DNA of 61,506 bases, counting the filler, from Choristocarpus tenellus KU-1152 (taxonomy: Eukaryota > Protista > Phaeophyceae): the NCBI GenBank assembly GCA_964200185.2. It is 12 parts of 12 records of this genome, joined end to end, with 100 filler letters (N's around TTAATTAATTAA, not from the genome) between each part and the next. Parts side by side here need not be neighbours in the genome. Positions count along the whole stretch, not along the records: positions 6,826 to 14,786 come from CAXNAD020005336.1; positions 14,887 to 17,628 come from CAXNAD020025143.1; positions 17,729 to 21,156 come from CAXNAD020020093.1; positions 21,257 to 30,685 come from CAXNAD020003679.1; 8 more parts are not named here. One strand, written 5' to 3'. Position numbers and translations under genes: made by a program. The notes beneath the pieces were generated by a model. It worked only from the letters and a program-made list of their open reading frames with translations, did not search any database and was not told the DNA's origin. Positions 13,781 to 27,945 of the stretch are shown piece after piece; within the stretch, counting starts at the first letter, position 1, and each line of letters starts with the position of its first letter.

Positions 13781-14469
13781 AAGGTAATAGCTGTATACCC
13801 GAAAAGACAAGGGAGGATTGGTTGGTGCATGTCAGAACAAGAGAACAGGGTCTCGATAGCCATAGTCACCATAGGGAACCTAGTGGATACCTGCTGAATG
13901 CTATCCTATACCTCCCCAGGACAAAGCACACTCGAGGCTGCTAGTGCGTAAAACAAGCATTTGTGATTGTATCTCAAATATATATATATTAGAGAATAAA
14001 TAAGAAAAATAAGTAAAAGAAGGAAGAAACACAAGGGAACAGAACCGAAAAGTAAAATTCAACAAAAATTAGAATAAAGTTTTGAGTTATGGTACCAAAG
14101 AAAAACAGTGCAGAAAAATCAGTTTGCAATGTAGAAGGATTTTTGTTGTTGTCAAATATAAGCCCGCTAACACATTACCTTAAGGGTATTTGCATTGTTT
14201 TTTTCGCAATACAATACAGTACGTTACCCTACTTTGGGCCAAATATTATGAACCAAATTCAAAATATTAAATTATGTACCGCTTTTTTGGACATGCACAA
14301 TAAAATAGGATTTTGTACCGGAATTATCGTATTCGAGCGATTTGGCACAAAATCCCAGAGATATTCACGCGAGAGTGGCGTGCGCGAAAAAAATTGTCGC
14401 GAAAAGTGTCGTTCTTCCCGAGTCATGCTGCCATACAGCAGTACAGTACATTGCTGGTAGGGGAATGAA

Positions 14470-14786
14470 GTGGAAGCCATGCCTTGTGCAGTGGGAAACC
14501 TTTGCAAGATGCCTTCAAACACACCACCAGGTCCGCCTTTCTACACAATCCACAAGTGCCATAAGTGCGGTAGGTACCTCCATGGTATATGTGGTGTAAA
14601 GGATCCCGAACTTGATGATGACTGCAAACGTTTGTGTGAGGGGCAGTGCTTGGCACTGCAGCAAGTCACGGGTGCTGACGGCAAGGGCGCATTGTTTTCG
14701 GCTTCATCGCTCGGCTCGCTGAACGGTAGCTCGTCTGGTGCTGCAGCTGGCAGCCACGGGCAGAAATCTAGTGCCCCTTCTAGGAG
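14470..14786 (+). CDS. Cys/His zinc-finger (PHD-like) fragment, likely the N-terminus of a transposon protein; cut by the contig end
   Basis: CAVGNLC...HKCHKCGRYLHGICG...LC pattern; preceded by a CpG-rich, subterminal-like stretch at 14180-14420. Confidence 0.4.
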
Positions 14787-14886
14787 NNNNNNNNNNNNNN
14801 NNNNNNNNNNNNNNNNNNNNNNNNNNNNNNTTAATTAATTAANNNNNNNNNNNNNNNNNNNNNNNNNNNNNNNNNNNNNNNNNNNN

Positions 14887-14925
<39 letters not shown>

Positions 14926-16073
14926 TGTTGTTTGTCATGTACCAAGAGAGCTTTTTTTTCTTTTTTTTTGGGGGGGGGGGGGTGTTCAGTGTGTGGTGTG
15001 GACCATTTGGTGTCTGTTGTTTATTGTTTTGCTTGCTAAGGGTTAGAAGGTTTCCGGGGGGGGGGGTTCCCATGCATACCGTCAATTTGAACTTTGAAAG
15101 GAGAAAAAAGAGTGAAACATGGAATGATCAGAAGTTTCAGGAAGAATAAAAATACAATGATTTTTTATATTTATGTGATATTTGACTAATCAGAAGATAC
15201 AGTCCCCTCCCTCCCCCCCCTGTCACCACTTATTTGATTTGTTTATTTATGGCTGTACATACATATATTCATATGAATGGCATCTTTATATATATATATA
15301 TATACATACGCAGGAATGTATGTTGTTTGAACACCCACCAATGTTTTGCAGATTTTCTCTTTGTTGGGTGGTTGAAACAATAATAGTAATAGTAACAATA
15401 ATAATAATAAAGGGTTGAGTGCGAAAAGAAATATAATAGCCATCTCGCATACTATTCCGATATCTTCACTCAATGGCCCCGCGAGGGGCGGTCTCTTCAT
15501 GCCCCCAGGTCAGCATGTCTCAGGTTCTCTCTCGCCTGTGATATTTATACTAGTGCCTTGTACAACAGGATGATTTTGCTTGTGTGGGATGCACTCAACA
15601 AGAGAGGCTAAGCTGGTCACAGTATTTTCGTAGGACAGTGTGGTTTCGAGTTGTGTTATTTAAAGCAAGAAAAAATAAATATATATATATATTTATATAT
15701 ATGATAATTTTTAATACTGTAAAGGTGGTAAAAAATATGCTGTAACTGATTATATATCAATTTTTTTAATAAAAAAAAACGATTGCATCAATCTTTGGAA
15801 TACTTCACTCCAGAACAGGTGTATTTAAAACAAAATATTGTGTAAATTTATGAAGCAAATTGGGCTGTACTAATTGCAGGCGGCGGTGCTCTCGGACTGA
15901 GTCCTCCTCCTGGCCCCCCTCCTGAGAATTTCGTGAGCCGCTTTTGAATATATATATATTGCTATTGTTATTATTATTTGTTTTTTGTTCTAACTTCCTG
16001 CGTGATGGGAATTTGAGACAATTATTACACCATTGTATCCTCCCTTTTTTTCATTGGTTCGCTGTCATTGTAG

Positions 16074-16178
16074 GAAGTGGATAGAGCCAGTGCAAAGCAG
16101 GAGGAAATAGTCGCCAGGTTGCGAACCCAGATGATGGCGGACAGGGAAACGCACACCAAGGAAATGGAACTCCTCAAG
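16074..16178 (+). CDS. Orphan internal exon, coiled-coil peptide (EVDRASAKQEEIVARLRTQMMADRETHTKEMELLK)
   Basis: Pyrimidine tract plus TTGTAG acceptor, AAG|GTGAAT donor, 105 nt open in phase 0, coding-like composition. Confidence 0.7.
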
Positions 16179-16881
16179 GTGAATTGGAGACCCTTTTTGG
16201 AATATGTACTTTTTCTTTTTCTTTAAATAAAAAATGTTGCAAGCTGATGCAGAACAGAGAGAGAGAGAGTAGTACTGTGGTGTTGATAGACTTGAAGAGA
16301 CTGCTGTAGCGATGATGGTGCCCTAGAGCCCAGTACAACAGCCCTGTGGCACTTAGTGTCTACTGTACGGCAGTCAGAAAACCCCTAACCCTATCCTATC
16401 CTAGATTCCGCAGGTGCAATCTCTGCTCAGATTTTTTTGTGTGTAGAGATGGGGATGCCAGGGAGAGATAGAATTAGAACATAGACCCCGAGAGACTGGG
16501 GTTGGATGGTCAGTCCCCTACTTCCTCTGGTGCAGGTAGGAAGCAATTTAAAAATGAGTTTATCGAGGGTTAGGGCAATTAAAAAAGAAAAAAATGTTGC
16601 GAATAGCACCGAGAAGTTCTGTGAATAAATTTTTATTTTGAATAAATAAATCTCATTTTAAATACATCTCGTTGTGAATCAATCTCGTTTTGGACTCTCT
16701 CAATGCTCATGCCATACATGACGCCATATAGGGTTAGGGTTAGGGCTTTGGGTTGGGGTGGTTTATGGTAGTTAACAGTAAGAGTTGGATCGATTGGGGG
16801 GGTTTTTGTACTGGAATGACTTAGGTAGAGAATCTTTGGCGGGGGGGGGGGGGGGGGGGGGGGGGGAGAGGTATTGTGGGT

Positions 16882-16920
<39 letters not shown>

Positions 16921-17787
16921 TGAATACTCTACTTGGTAGTGAGTGATGGAGAAGTGAGCGATAACACTCCCTTTTTTTTGTAACTGACGGGGACTGACCG
17001 GAGGAAACGCCTTGCATGGTACCTTGTGCAGTGCCCAGAGCGTTCCGTGGTACCCAGAGCTTTGTGTAACACTCCGAGAGTGGTCTGGAACGCTCAAGGC
17101 ATCATAGAGCAGTGCTCCAGGCCTACCATAATTGCTCCCTTAAAGCACAGCCCCCTCTAACCCTAACCCTAATCACAAACCACTAGTGTTTCGCCTGCTA
17201 CCTCCCCTGTAACTCCCTCCAGTTCGAAGCTGTACATGGACCTGAAGTATTCAAAAGCCCAGAGCCTATTCTCTCTCCCCCCCACTACACTCCTCGACCT
17301 CAGAGAGAATAAGAACAGTATCAATCACTTATCACTCTTTCCTCCAAATTTGGAAGAGTTGCATTGCTGCTCTCTTAACTGATTTTTGGATGCCCAATGG
17401 AAGGCACTGTGCCAAGCAAGCACAAGAGGCCCATTGGAAGGCGTTTCCCTGGGCGTGAATGAGAGTGGATGGCGTCCGTGACTTTCTTCCAAAAAAGGGG
17501 AGATTACTCATTTTCTTTTTTCTGTTGACGTGTGCCAGGTCCCCCCCCCCCCACAGCGGGGGGGGGGGGGGGGGGGGGGGTTTTTTTTTTTTTTTTTTCA
17601 GGGGGTGTGGTGTCGGTCTTTTGTTTTTNNNNNNNNNNNNNNNNNNNNNNNNNNNNNNNNNNNNNNNNNNNNTTAATTAATTAANNNNNNNNNNNNNNNN
17701 NNNNNNNNNNNNNNNNNNNNNNNNNNNNATACAGATATTTTTTACTGTAGGAGGGGGGATAGGGTGAAGGGGGGAGCCAGCAAGGGT

Positions 17788-17960
17788 GGGGGGGGGGGGG
17801 GGGGGGGGGGATCTACACCAGGGTGTCCATCTTGGTCATAACCAGGAAACGTACACTTGTATTATCCATCCGATGTATGCAACCAAATCACCCAAAAATT
17901 ACGACAAGAAAAAATGGCCCCAAATGGACAGCCGTCACCCCCCCCCAGATACTTTGAGCC
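17788..17960 (+). mobile_element. MITE family A copy (left TIR degraded)
   Basis: Poly-G, TCTACACCAGGGTGTCC...AAATGGACAGCCG, poly-C, AGATACTTTGAGCC. Confidence 0.85.
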
Positions 17961-18187
17961 AGAAATGCCACTGAATATGGCCAACCCATTGGGCAAGACA
18001 ACCCCACTGTTTGGAGCAGTAAAAAACAACATGTAATCTATTTTGTCAAACTAACACAGGGTTCGCAAGCCAAGTTGGGATATATGTCAGGCAGGAACAC
18101 TCCTCAGACTCTAATATATCCTATAGGCCACGTAAACTACTCCATACAATTGTAGGTCGTAGATCAGAACACATGTTTTGTCCTCAC

Positions 18188-19148
18188 CACCAGTTCCTCC
18201 TCTCCAACTTGTGAAATCAGCTCCACCCCCATTGTCCATTCTGTTCTCCGTCCCATCGCCCCTCCAACCCCAAGAAGGGGCACCCCCGAAGTTATCAAAT
18301 TCTGATGAGTAAAATCCCTCTCCCGGAAAATGATAGCTGAGGCCCCAGGTCTCAGAGGAGTCACCACCATCATTACCACCTATCTTCTCGTGGAGTCCAT
18401 CATTGTCAGCATCTACATTCTTTCCCAGAAGGATCAACTTCCTTGATCGAGTAGAAACTGGTAGTTTAGGTGGCCTTCCGCAACTAGAAATGTCATTTTC
18501 AATTCCCTGTGATGCAACACCACCACCCCACTCCCATTGCCTGCTCCAATGACCATCTCCATCCTTAAATCCAGACCCGTCCCTACCTCCTCCATTCCTT
18601 CCTAAGTGTTGATCACTGTCACCTTCCATGTCCCTGTCTGCACTCACACTCACACTTTCATCTCCAACATTGTTGTACTCACCTCCCCCACATCTATCTT
18701 CTTCCCAGCCAGCACTGTTCTTGTCAACACATACATTTGTTGCAGCAGTCATCTTAGGATTTTCTTCTATTCTCAAATTTGTTGCTTGCAAGCCCGGTGA
18801 GACTGGTGAGGAAGCCATCTGCTGTTTGGGTTCATCACAGAGACCATTGTCTCTATCGATGCACTGAAGGTGGTTGCTATGTTCACCGTTGGCACCAACT
18901 CTCTCTGCCTCTAGGCCACTGCAAAGCTTCTGTTTGTTGCCATCATAACTACAAAAGTCGCCTCCATCACCCCTGGCATTACTGTCTCGCATTAGATCTT
19001 TGCAGTCTCCTTCTTCTGCACTGACGTGGTCACTCCCAACGCTGTTGATTGGACCAGAGCCTGACTGCCGATTAAGATTTTTCTCAAGCTGGCAAAGGCG
19101 TTTTTCTCGGTACCTAGCCAAAGAAATTTGTTTCAAGAAAAATGTACA
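18188..19148 (-). CDS. Large low-complexity (G/D/S-rich, disordered) exon of an unknown gene
   Basis: 341-codon open frame; acceptor CTCCAG|TGT at 19148 and candidate donor G|GTGAGG near 18187; no recognisable domain. Confidence 0.65.
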
Positions 19149-20278
19149 CTGGAGTATGAACAGATAGGATTAAAGAGGAAATATATACCGAAATAGACGA
19201 AGGCAGGTACAGACAGAACTTCCACAGGCAAAAGATAACTGCTGAACAACAACATTGCTAGGTGGACACAGACAGAAGATCCGCTCTTCGAGTGCCTGTG
19301 GCTCTATGTATCTGTGCACTGCTGAGTTGAAGAGAGGGGGGGGAAATCGATGCTCACCAGGAAACAAAAATGATGTAAAAACGCGTTTGGAGCGAAAGTA
19401 TCTTAGAGGGCACGAGTTTTGCCCTGTTTGTTCGTTTGGGGCTTAGCTTCCCGTGTTTTGTTTATGACATTTTCCTACTCCAAAATGTTTGGGAGTAGGT
19501 AAAATGTGTACATTATGAAAAGGTGTGAAGGATATTGACAGTACTTAATTGATAGGATATTGACACTACTTTATTGATATGATACCCAAAACTACATCAA
19601 ACGCTCCCAAAAAACGTGGTGCTTTACCAAGAAGATAATGATGTAGAATGTGCTTTAATAAGTTATAGCTAAGAGTAGGGCCTATCCATAAGGGGGGGCT
19701 AGTTGCTAGTCTCCATGATCACACTTTCACGCAATTCGGTGTACCACTGATAGAAACATTTCCTAAAATGTTTCTTCAACATCACTATATTCCAATATTC
19801 TGTTCCATCACTAATCTACCGCCTTACACACATTACCTGCTTCATATATATTTAATTCTTCATGTGTACTAATAACAACATTTGGTGTGTATAGTATTTC
19901 AAACCATCTCCTTATGTGAACATCGATACAGGGGATGACTAGACCTCTTCAGCTGAATGGGTCTCATTCCAATCGTTTTTCCAGGCAGTGTAATGTGAAT
20001 AGACTGCAACTATAGAGCCACAGGATCTTATAGTTCCCTCCTTCCAGAGTATATATACTCACCAAGTTGGGGACATCAAGCCCCTATCATAGATGCAGGG
20101 GGAAAATGGATGGATTCTATCATTTTCACACAATAGATCTTAGAGTTCTATATGTGCACAATTTTCTTGTACCCCTGTGGTTGCCCATAGCACAACACAC
20201 AAGAACTAAAATTATGTAAGTGTTGATCTCAAGCCATCTACAACAAAATTCTTTAGCACTTACCATCTATCTGCTCAC

Positions 20279-20459
20279 CTGAAAATTCTTCGTCGATCTT
20301 CACGCACTCGTCGAGCCCGCCTCTTTCGCGCCAACTCCAGCAGCCTCGCCTCCTCTTGCAATGCCAATGCCTCACTCTGCTCTGCTCTGCTCCTCCTCAA
20401 ATGGCAACGAAGGCGAGAGCGAGCAGCAAGTAGAGATGTCCGCCCTGCTGTAACAGCCC
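20279..20459 (-). CDS. Orphan exon, R/E/A-rich helix (AVTAGRTSLLAARSRLRCHLRRSRAEQSEALALQEEARLLELARKRRARRVREDRRRIF), probably the same gene as 18188-19148
   Basis: TTTCAG acceptor, CAG|GTGAGC donor and an open frame; the phases require an unidentified intervening exon. Confidence 0.65.
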
Positions 20460-21057
20460 CTGAAACGCCTTACATACAGCCGCGGCAGTTGGAGGAGGAA
20501 ACAGAGAACAGGATTCAGAGAGTTTTTTCAAGAGAAAGAGAATAAAAAAATTCTAAAGGAGACCCTGTAGGGGTATTAATAGTACAAGTTGAAGATGGAG
20601 GGGTGGGGGGTGGGGGCAAAGGTAGTAAGAGGGTACATCAGTGCAATGGATCTATCTTGTGGATGACTTGGGGGGTAGAAGGTCAAACTCTCTCACATAC
20701 TTTGTAACCAGTGTCTGTGTGTGTGTGTGTGTACGCTACTCATCATAGTTCAATGTATACTTGCTGTGGCGTATGTTAAGATTGCACATCCTGCCTCATT
20801 CTTCCTTTATATCGCAACTGTTGATGCCAAACAAAGACAACTATGATCTCGGAAATATCAAGGGGAGATTTTAGAGCAAAGACAACCTATTGGCTCAATG
20901 TGACATTGAAGCTCTTTCCTATTGGTTCAACAATTTATTTTGGCACTGTAGGCTCTGCTGTTCGGTTTAACTTGGCTGAGCTTAGGTGGATCGATGATTG
21001 ATAATGCATTTGCATAATTTACTTCACCAGCCTACAATAACATCTCTCTTACTATCT

Positions 21058-21156
21058 GACCCAAAGTATGAGGGGGAAAGGGGGGTCTTGTCCAGTTTGC
21101 ACAAAATCAAGAAAAGTTCATTTACATTATCCATCCGATGTATGCAACCAAATCAC
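21058..21156 (+). mobile_element. MITE family A, partial and deleted copy at a contig end
   Basis: GACCCAAAGTATGAGGGGG...TTACATTATCCATCCGATGTATGCAACCAAATCAC. Confidence 0.8.
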
Positions 21157-22899
21157 NNNNNNNNNNNNNNNNNNNNNNNNNNNNNNNNNNNNNNNNNNNN
21201 TTAATTAATTAANNNNNNNNNNNNNNNNNNNNNNNNNNNNNNNNNNNNNNNNNNNNCGTTTTCGCAAAACAACCATCCTCGTAGTCCCGCTCCATCCCCA
21301 ATTTTGAAAATCCTCTGTTTCCTGTTCTGCAATTATACTTGCTCACACCACAAAAATACGGAGGATCTAACGAGAAATGACTATTTTTCTAATCTTATTA
21401 TTAGTTTTATAATTCCCAGAGTCGCGGTCAAAAGGTGGTGAAAAGAAGGCAGTACACGCTGGTGGAGTGATAAAGGCACTATAGACGAACGATATATAAA
21501 ACATAGACACAGAAGAAAGAGCAAAGAAGAGGAAAAAGAAGAAGGAACTCAGGGTACCTACCAGGGCAAGGAGATAAATGAGGTGGCAAGGCTTAATTGC
21601 TGAGCGATGACATGGCGAGTTCAGCACAAGATTGGAGGGAGGAGGTGGAGTGATGACCGGTGGGATGGCTGACGCAATGCTCAAGAAGCAAGGCAGTGAA
21701 GGAGGCATTACAACTGGTCATAGTGCAACGGTTGCAGTAGAATGAGAAGTAGCTCATTGTGCACTGTCTTCAACCATGGATGAGGATAATCCCCAGGCGA
21801 AAGAAGAAAGGAAAATGTCAGCAACATCCCTTATCCCCTCGATCTCGGCATCTCAGGGTAAGGATGATGCAAGAGAGAAAAATAGGAAATCGAGGTACTA
21901 TGCACACTGTACATGTCACCCTAAGGTGCAGAAGTGGACCTTGTAGCACGTCTTGTAAAACAAAAAACGAATGGAAGGTTTTCTTTGTGCTGAATTAGAT
22001 TTTTGACCACTCTGGACATGCTGACATGCAGTGGGCATAAAACTGACTTGGTGTTGAAAGCTATTTCAAAGACAGGGTCTCATGTATCAGACGTAAGGTG
22101 CTGCCTGGCACAGCACTGCACCAGGTAGGATTTCCCATGTACCCTCCTCACACCTCTGGATCGTGGCAATCACAACAAGCACTGCTCAATTTTGTCATGA
22201 GATTGTTGTGGCTCCATTGCATATGGCAAGTGGTGACTCCTTTTCAGTATACTAAAAGGTACAATCAGGGGTGCGGCCTGCTGTCTTTGCGTAAGCGTTA
22301 AATGGAAAGTATCTGCAGACCCTGACTGAAAGGATGACAATCCCTCGAAGCCCTACTCAAACTTGTAGTGTTTGTTGATAGGCGCCTTCACATCCCACAC
22401 ACAGCTCATGCGATCAGGAAAGACACACAGGTCGCCCTTGCCAACCGTGACAGGCTGCCGGCCGTCATTTGGTGTCACAGTTACATCCCCTTCCAGGATA
22501 TAGCACGTTTCAGTTCCCTTTTAGAAGGAACCAAGCAAAAACAGGGGGCATGGATAGGTTTGAGGAGGAGAAAAAAGACAATAATTGGGAATCAGATCCA
22601 AAAACATATTTACTCTGGGGAAAACAGGATGAAGGGAAGGGGATACCAGCACAAAGCAGCGGATGCACCAACACAACAGGTCACACTAAGCCAGTAGGGT
22701 GCATTTGCCTCATAACCTTTCTCTATGTCCTCAATCCTGCCATCTCTTTGGAGCCCCAGCCTGAGTGAACACTAAGGTCATCATTAAATGTTCACCTTCT
22801 ACCGGCCCTCAATCTCTGAGTCCAACCCCACATAGGCAACCTGATAATAACTGGGAATGGACTGAGCCCCAGAATAGACAACTACAACTGTCAAAATAT

Positions 22900-24900
22900 T
22901 GTGTGAGTACAGTCGACCTTGACACGCTCGGGAGGCAAGGATTTTATGCTCTTGCATAATGGGACGCATAGTGGGAGGTATCTGAAGCACGAAACACTCG
23001 ATACAGCAGGACTAAAGTTTGCAATTAGACAAGCTGCAGCATTGCGGAATGAGCTAGGACTGTACTCTGGCGATGGAATGAAATGGAGCTCTAACAAAAA
23101 CAACCCACTACTACTGCGGGCTCGAAAACAACCCTAGACCACTCTGTCCGCACCTACAATTACTAGAGATAAAGACTTGTTCACCTTGATCCCAAGGCAT
23201 ACAATTGTCTTCAAGGGAAACGAAAGCAATGTCCACACTCCCAATACTCCACTCTATGTTATACCCCTTTAGATATACTATTTCCTCCTGCCAATGTGGA
23301 AGGCATCAAATTCGCTGTGGCAAAGTTACACTGCAGATACACCATGCAAGCTTCAGAATAAAGAAGCACACCCCACTATCGTGTAGTTGGTTTAGGGACA
23401 TGGCTAAATTCAGGGGTAGGGGGTCATTACATGAAAGGAAAGCTTCCACCAGTATAATTTAACTGTACCATATCACAAACCCAACGAGAGCGTGACTTCA
23501 CCCTGTAACCTGCCCTAACTCTGTCAACATTGACATTGCTGACTACGGAGCAAGGGTGCAGGTCCGAGAAGTGTATCTCCTCCAATGAAATCTCTCAATC
23601 CTGGATGAAAAACAAGAAAAAAATACTTTAGGGTAAAGTCTCTTCGGAAAAAAACAATTAATGTTTCGGGAGAGGCCACTAGAAAATAGCACATTCATCT
23701 TTGTCACCTCATACGTCCATGGGAACTTAGACACTCCACAGCTCCACGTGGGCCAGTTCCTAGCACCCAATGATGCCAAGGTCTCCTCAGATGGGTTCTT
23801 AGTCACCTGATCCAGGGAATATGTGGGACAGGGAAATTGGTGGGGCAAAGGGTATGGAAAGGGACACCCTAAGGAGAAGAGGAGCTCCTCCCCAACATGC
23901 AGGTATGATCCAAACCTTGATGAAAAATTGTCCATCTCCAATACGTTACACTTTTCTAAAGTCAAAGGTAGATACTACAAAATGATCAGAGTAGTTCACA
24001 ACACGGCTATTTAGTTCATTCAGGGTTAGAGGGCTGAGGAGGAGAGAAGGGGATCTCGCGTTTGTTCAAGTTCAACAAGGTTGACAGCAATACTCACTCT
24101 GACGTCAAACAACAAGTGCACGGGCGTACTACTCAGCTATCCACTGCTCCAAAGAGAACGCACAGTGGAAGTCTTGTCAAGCTCCATCGAATGTTGCCAT
24201 GCTCAAATATAGAGCCAGTATATTTCAGGCAATATGACTAGCTGTCACAACTTTGCTTGAGTATCAAAATCAACGAAGGAGGACCACCCTTGGTTGCCTG
24301 TAGTCCTGAGGAACGTGTTGTTCACACACCATGGAGGCATTGGGCAGTGATTGTCTTACACCCCATATATGATGCCCGTGGTCATAGGATTGACCCCGAG
24401 AGCACTTAACGAACAGAATGCTTCATGTTTGCGGAGACTGTTGGACACTGGTGGTAGCAGCAAGATGTTCCTTCGATTACTCATATGACAATATATGATC
24501 AAAGCAGTAGGCCCAATAGATCTTAGGTGGAACAAATCCATGTGTAGTTCCATGGTATGACGCACCCTCTGTTACTTCTTTGTGGTAATGCGGTCAAGCA
24601 TGTGTGTTGTTTGATATGAGGATGGTGCTGATTCTGGTATATGCAGAAACAAACAGCTCAAAAAAAAGAAGAAAGGAAAAGCAACCTCTTTCTCCATCCT
24701 GCGTCCTTAATGGCACCATGCTAGCCTCCAACCATGTATTTTTTAGGTCTTTGAATCAATGGTGTATAGCCGCACTCCTTTAACAGGGTTTTCTTGCTTG
24801 AGGTATAGCAAATGCTGCACCTATGCTTCTGCATCCACCAACAGACAGGATTGTGGCAAGACAGGGCCTCTTTCGGGTACTAAGGTGTTCCTCATAGCGA
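22900..24900 (+). mobile_element. Highly degenerate Ty3/Gypsy-like pol relic
   Basis: Faint RT-like segments (HTPLSCSWFRDMAKFRG cf. TPxGxYxFxxMPFG; FGKKQLMF cf. FxxxxVxFLG) followed by a Cys-pair region near 24240; many stops. Boundaries uncertain. Confidence 0.35.
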
Positions 24901-27575
24901 ATCTTGTCTATTGTAACTTTCAGTAGCTCACTGCTGGCTGCTATACATAGATACGGTCACAATACAAGCACCCATTACATGCACAACGCAGTTGAGCATG
25001 AGATGAGGTGATGGCATAGGTATGTGAACATAAACAAAAATGCTCAAGTGTCTCATGTAACAGGTGGGGCAACGATGGGCATTTGCAACCATATCGATCA
25101 GCCCCAAGCACCCCGGAGAGTGATTTTAGGGTTAGGGAAGTAGGTATTTCTTAACTCGTTGTGTGCAGGCACACTTCATGGCAGCCAATCGGTGCAGTCT
25201 AGAAAACCTCACTTACTCAAATATTTGACAGACCTGCGTATTGGTGAGGACCCAAGCATAGTAGGGTCATTCATAGTGCCGCTGCCAAGGCATTATATAG
25301 TAGGAGAGTTGTGTAGATTATGCACTTGGATCTTTCAGAATTGCTTGTCTTGGGCAGCAGCTGGTCTGGCACAGGTTTCCTGCTTATGCACCGATAGGGG
25401 TTCACCCTGGTAGTTGTAGGACTGTTGTCCAGCTTGGGTAATGTGAATTCTCCTTTTCTACCCCCATGGGATGCAGAATGCTCTAAAACTTCTCCTTGTC
25501 AAAGAGTGGCGTGGGTAGTAGCCAGTATAGTAGGAAGAAAATAAACCAAACAAGCAAAATGCAAATTTGTATACTGTTATTTATCCTCTTCTCACTACAA
25601 GTATTCACTCCAGACAATACTGACAGCATTTCAAAACCTATTCCATCATCACACTGCACCCTCCACTTCCCCACCCATATGTATGGATTACCAGGGCTTC
25701 GAATTTGACCCTTGCTCTGTCACCGTAGTTGATGCTGATTAAGACCTGTGGTGATCGTGCTGGGACCAGACCCAACTATTCATCCCTAAGCTACATTGCT
25801 TGTAACACTACACACAGACCATACATAGCGCTGGCATTGACCTACAACCACAACACCAGTTAGCCCTTAGTGTTGGTGAGATTGCCTCCTCCTTCTCCGC
25901 AAGAAAAGTGACTCTAGCCTCCTAACCAGGCTCAAAAGTCCTCACAAAAGAAGTCACCACAACAGTTGCAATGATTTTACATGTTGGCACTCATGCCCAG
26001 GGACAAATCTAACTCAACAAAAAGTATTTGAAGTAGAAGGTGAAGCAAGAGCAGGAGGGCTTGATGGTAGCACCGTTACCTGTGGATCGCACTGAACATT
26101 GTGAACATTGTGAACCTACTCACATGCAGAAAAAATCAAACTCTAGCTATCTGGTCTAAAGTGTCGTATGCTCAGCACTGCCCAGATTTCTCCTGAAAGG
26201 CCCCACGGTTACAGTACCCACAAATCTGACAACCCTCATGCTACAAGCATAGTGCTCCGTATGGGTCTAGCGTGATCCCTGGTCAACCCATTTGGACCAA
26301 GGTCCACAGGCACACATAAAGGTGACTAGATTAGCATCATCTGTGTACCTGCATGGTGAAGCATCATTACAAGCCCCTGAAACTCACGCATTACATTATA
26401 TTGCCATCCAAACTAACCACAGACATATTTCATACTACTCGGTAATCACATACACTTGCTTGCATTGTACTAAGCTGTTTATCCCTCTGAAAACAGTAAT
26501 GTGAGTATACATCGTGGACATCTTCATACTCGTCGTATCGTTCAGCCCTTGCTGCAATACAAACATCTCATAACCCATGAACATCTAGCATACTAGTACA
26601 TACCAAATGCACAGTCTCCACAGGTAATCCAGAGAATTTGAATCATTTATTGGTACACCTTACTAACAGTACAACCTACTCGAATCCACACTTTGTCATC
26701 ACACTTGCGCTGCATTTGGTGCCGTATTGTGAAAACCTGATTTTAATTAATCCAAGGGTCTATCTGAGCTTCAATTGAATAGACCTTTCAAACATGTTGT
26801 TTCTATCCCCCTGCTGGGTAGGAGGAACTTGATTGACACTGTCCATTCATGATTGTCTCCGAGAGTGGTACTTGATTATTCTCAGTGCCTTTGGTGTCTG
26901 AAGAATTCCCATCAATTTTGGTTCCTCTGTGCCTCAATCGCCTGAAAGGACATTTTACCAACACCATATGTTCAGCTCGATGCAACAACTCACGAAAATC
27001 AAGACACTTCTCTGGTCACGGAAACTGTACACTTCACGTTCATGACCCTTTATGTCCATCCCTTCGTAACAGGAGAAAATTCCACTATCGCAAATCTCAA
27101 GGAAAGCGTTGCGCCAAAAGTAGCTCTTAATCCGGCACCTCAGATATTTGAAACACAGCCTTTTGCTATACTACTGTATACATTCCCCGAAATCCTGACC
27201 CTTGGTAAGAGGCAAGACATCACCAGGATTTCCTAGCACAAGACTTTATGGAATGAAAGGTACCTTAATTTTAAGAAGATTCCGCGGTTATTTTCATTGT
27301 TCTAAGGCAGTGACGGCACCGGTGCACATCATATATCGCCAGAGCTACTATTCTCTACTGCCATCCGACTTACATGTGTAACAATTCAAAATAATGTGAC
27401 TTAAGACTTTCACTCCATCACCTTTATCTCCTCGCCACCCATCCTTAGTTCCTGGTTCCAGGGGAAGTTCGGGGGAACGAGATGTCAGTCTAGGAAGATC
27501 ACATATGGTATCAGTAAGGAGCGGATCTTCAAGAGGTACTCACGCGTGATATGGTTATGGAGAGAACCAACTCAC

Positions 27576-27683
27576 CGTTGAGCAGCAACGATTGTTTCCA
27601 ACCACGCCAGGCACCAAGAAAGAAGAGGAATCTTGGGAAACAGAAGACAAGATTAGGACGACAAGTGCCAATGGGCTCTGCAT
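27576..27683 (-). CDS. Candidate first exon with signal peptide and ASAFAP-like plastid-targeting junction (MQSPLALVVLILSSVSQDSSS-FLVPGVVGNNRCCST)
   Basis: ATG at 27683, hydrophobic core, SSS|F motif and donor ACG|GTGAGT at 27575; no in-phase next exon could be confirmed. Confidence 0.45.
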
Positions 27684-27945
27684 TTGCAGTCTAGGTTGGA
27701 CTCCTCCCTCAGCGCCAAAATAACAAGACAGTGTAGGAAGATTTTCAACTCCCCTCACTTCAACAAGGTTTCAACAAAATTGCGAGGCAAAACGTATATT
27801 TCTTCGATGCACTACTGTACTGGTTACAAATATTGCATTATATTATAATGGTACTCTAGTGTATTGCATCTCTTCATCCCTTTTCAACGACACAAAGAAA
27901 CGAACTGGGAGCCCTACTCCCTTTTCCTCCCACACAACGCGCACG

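Noticed and set aside
16633-17097. Poly-Pro and poly-Gly ORFs here and at other contig ends
   Set aside because: They are translations of G/C homopolymer tracts, which are also error-prone in assembly.
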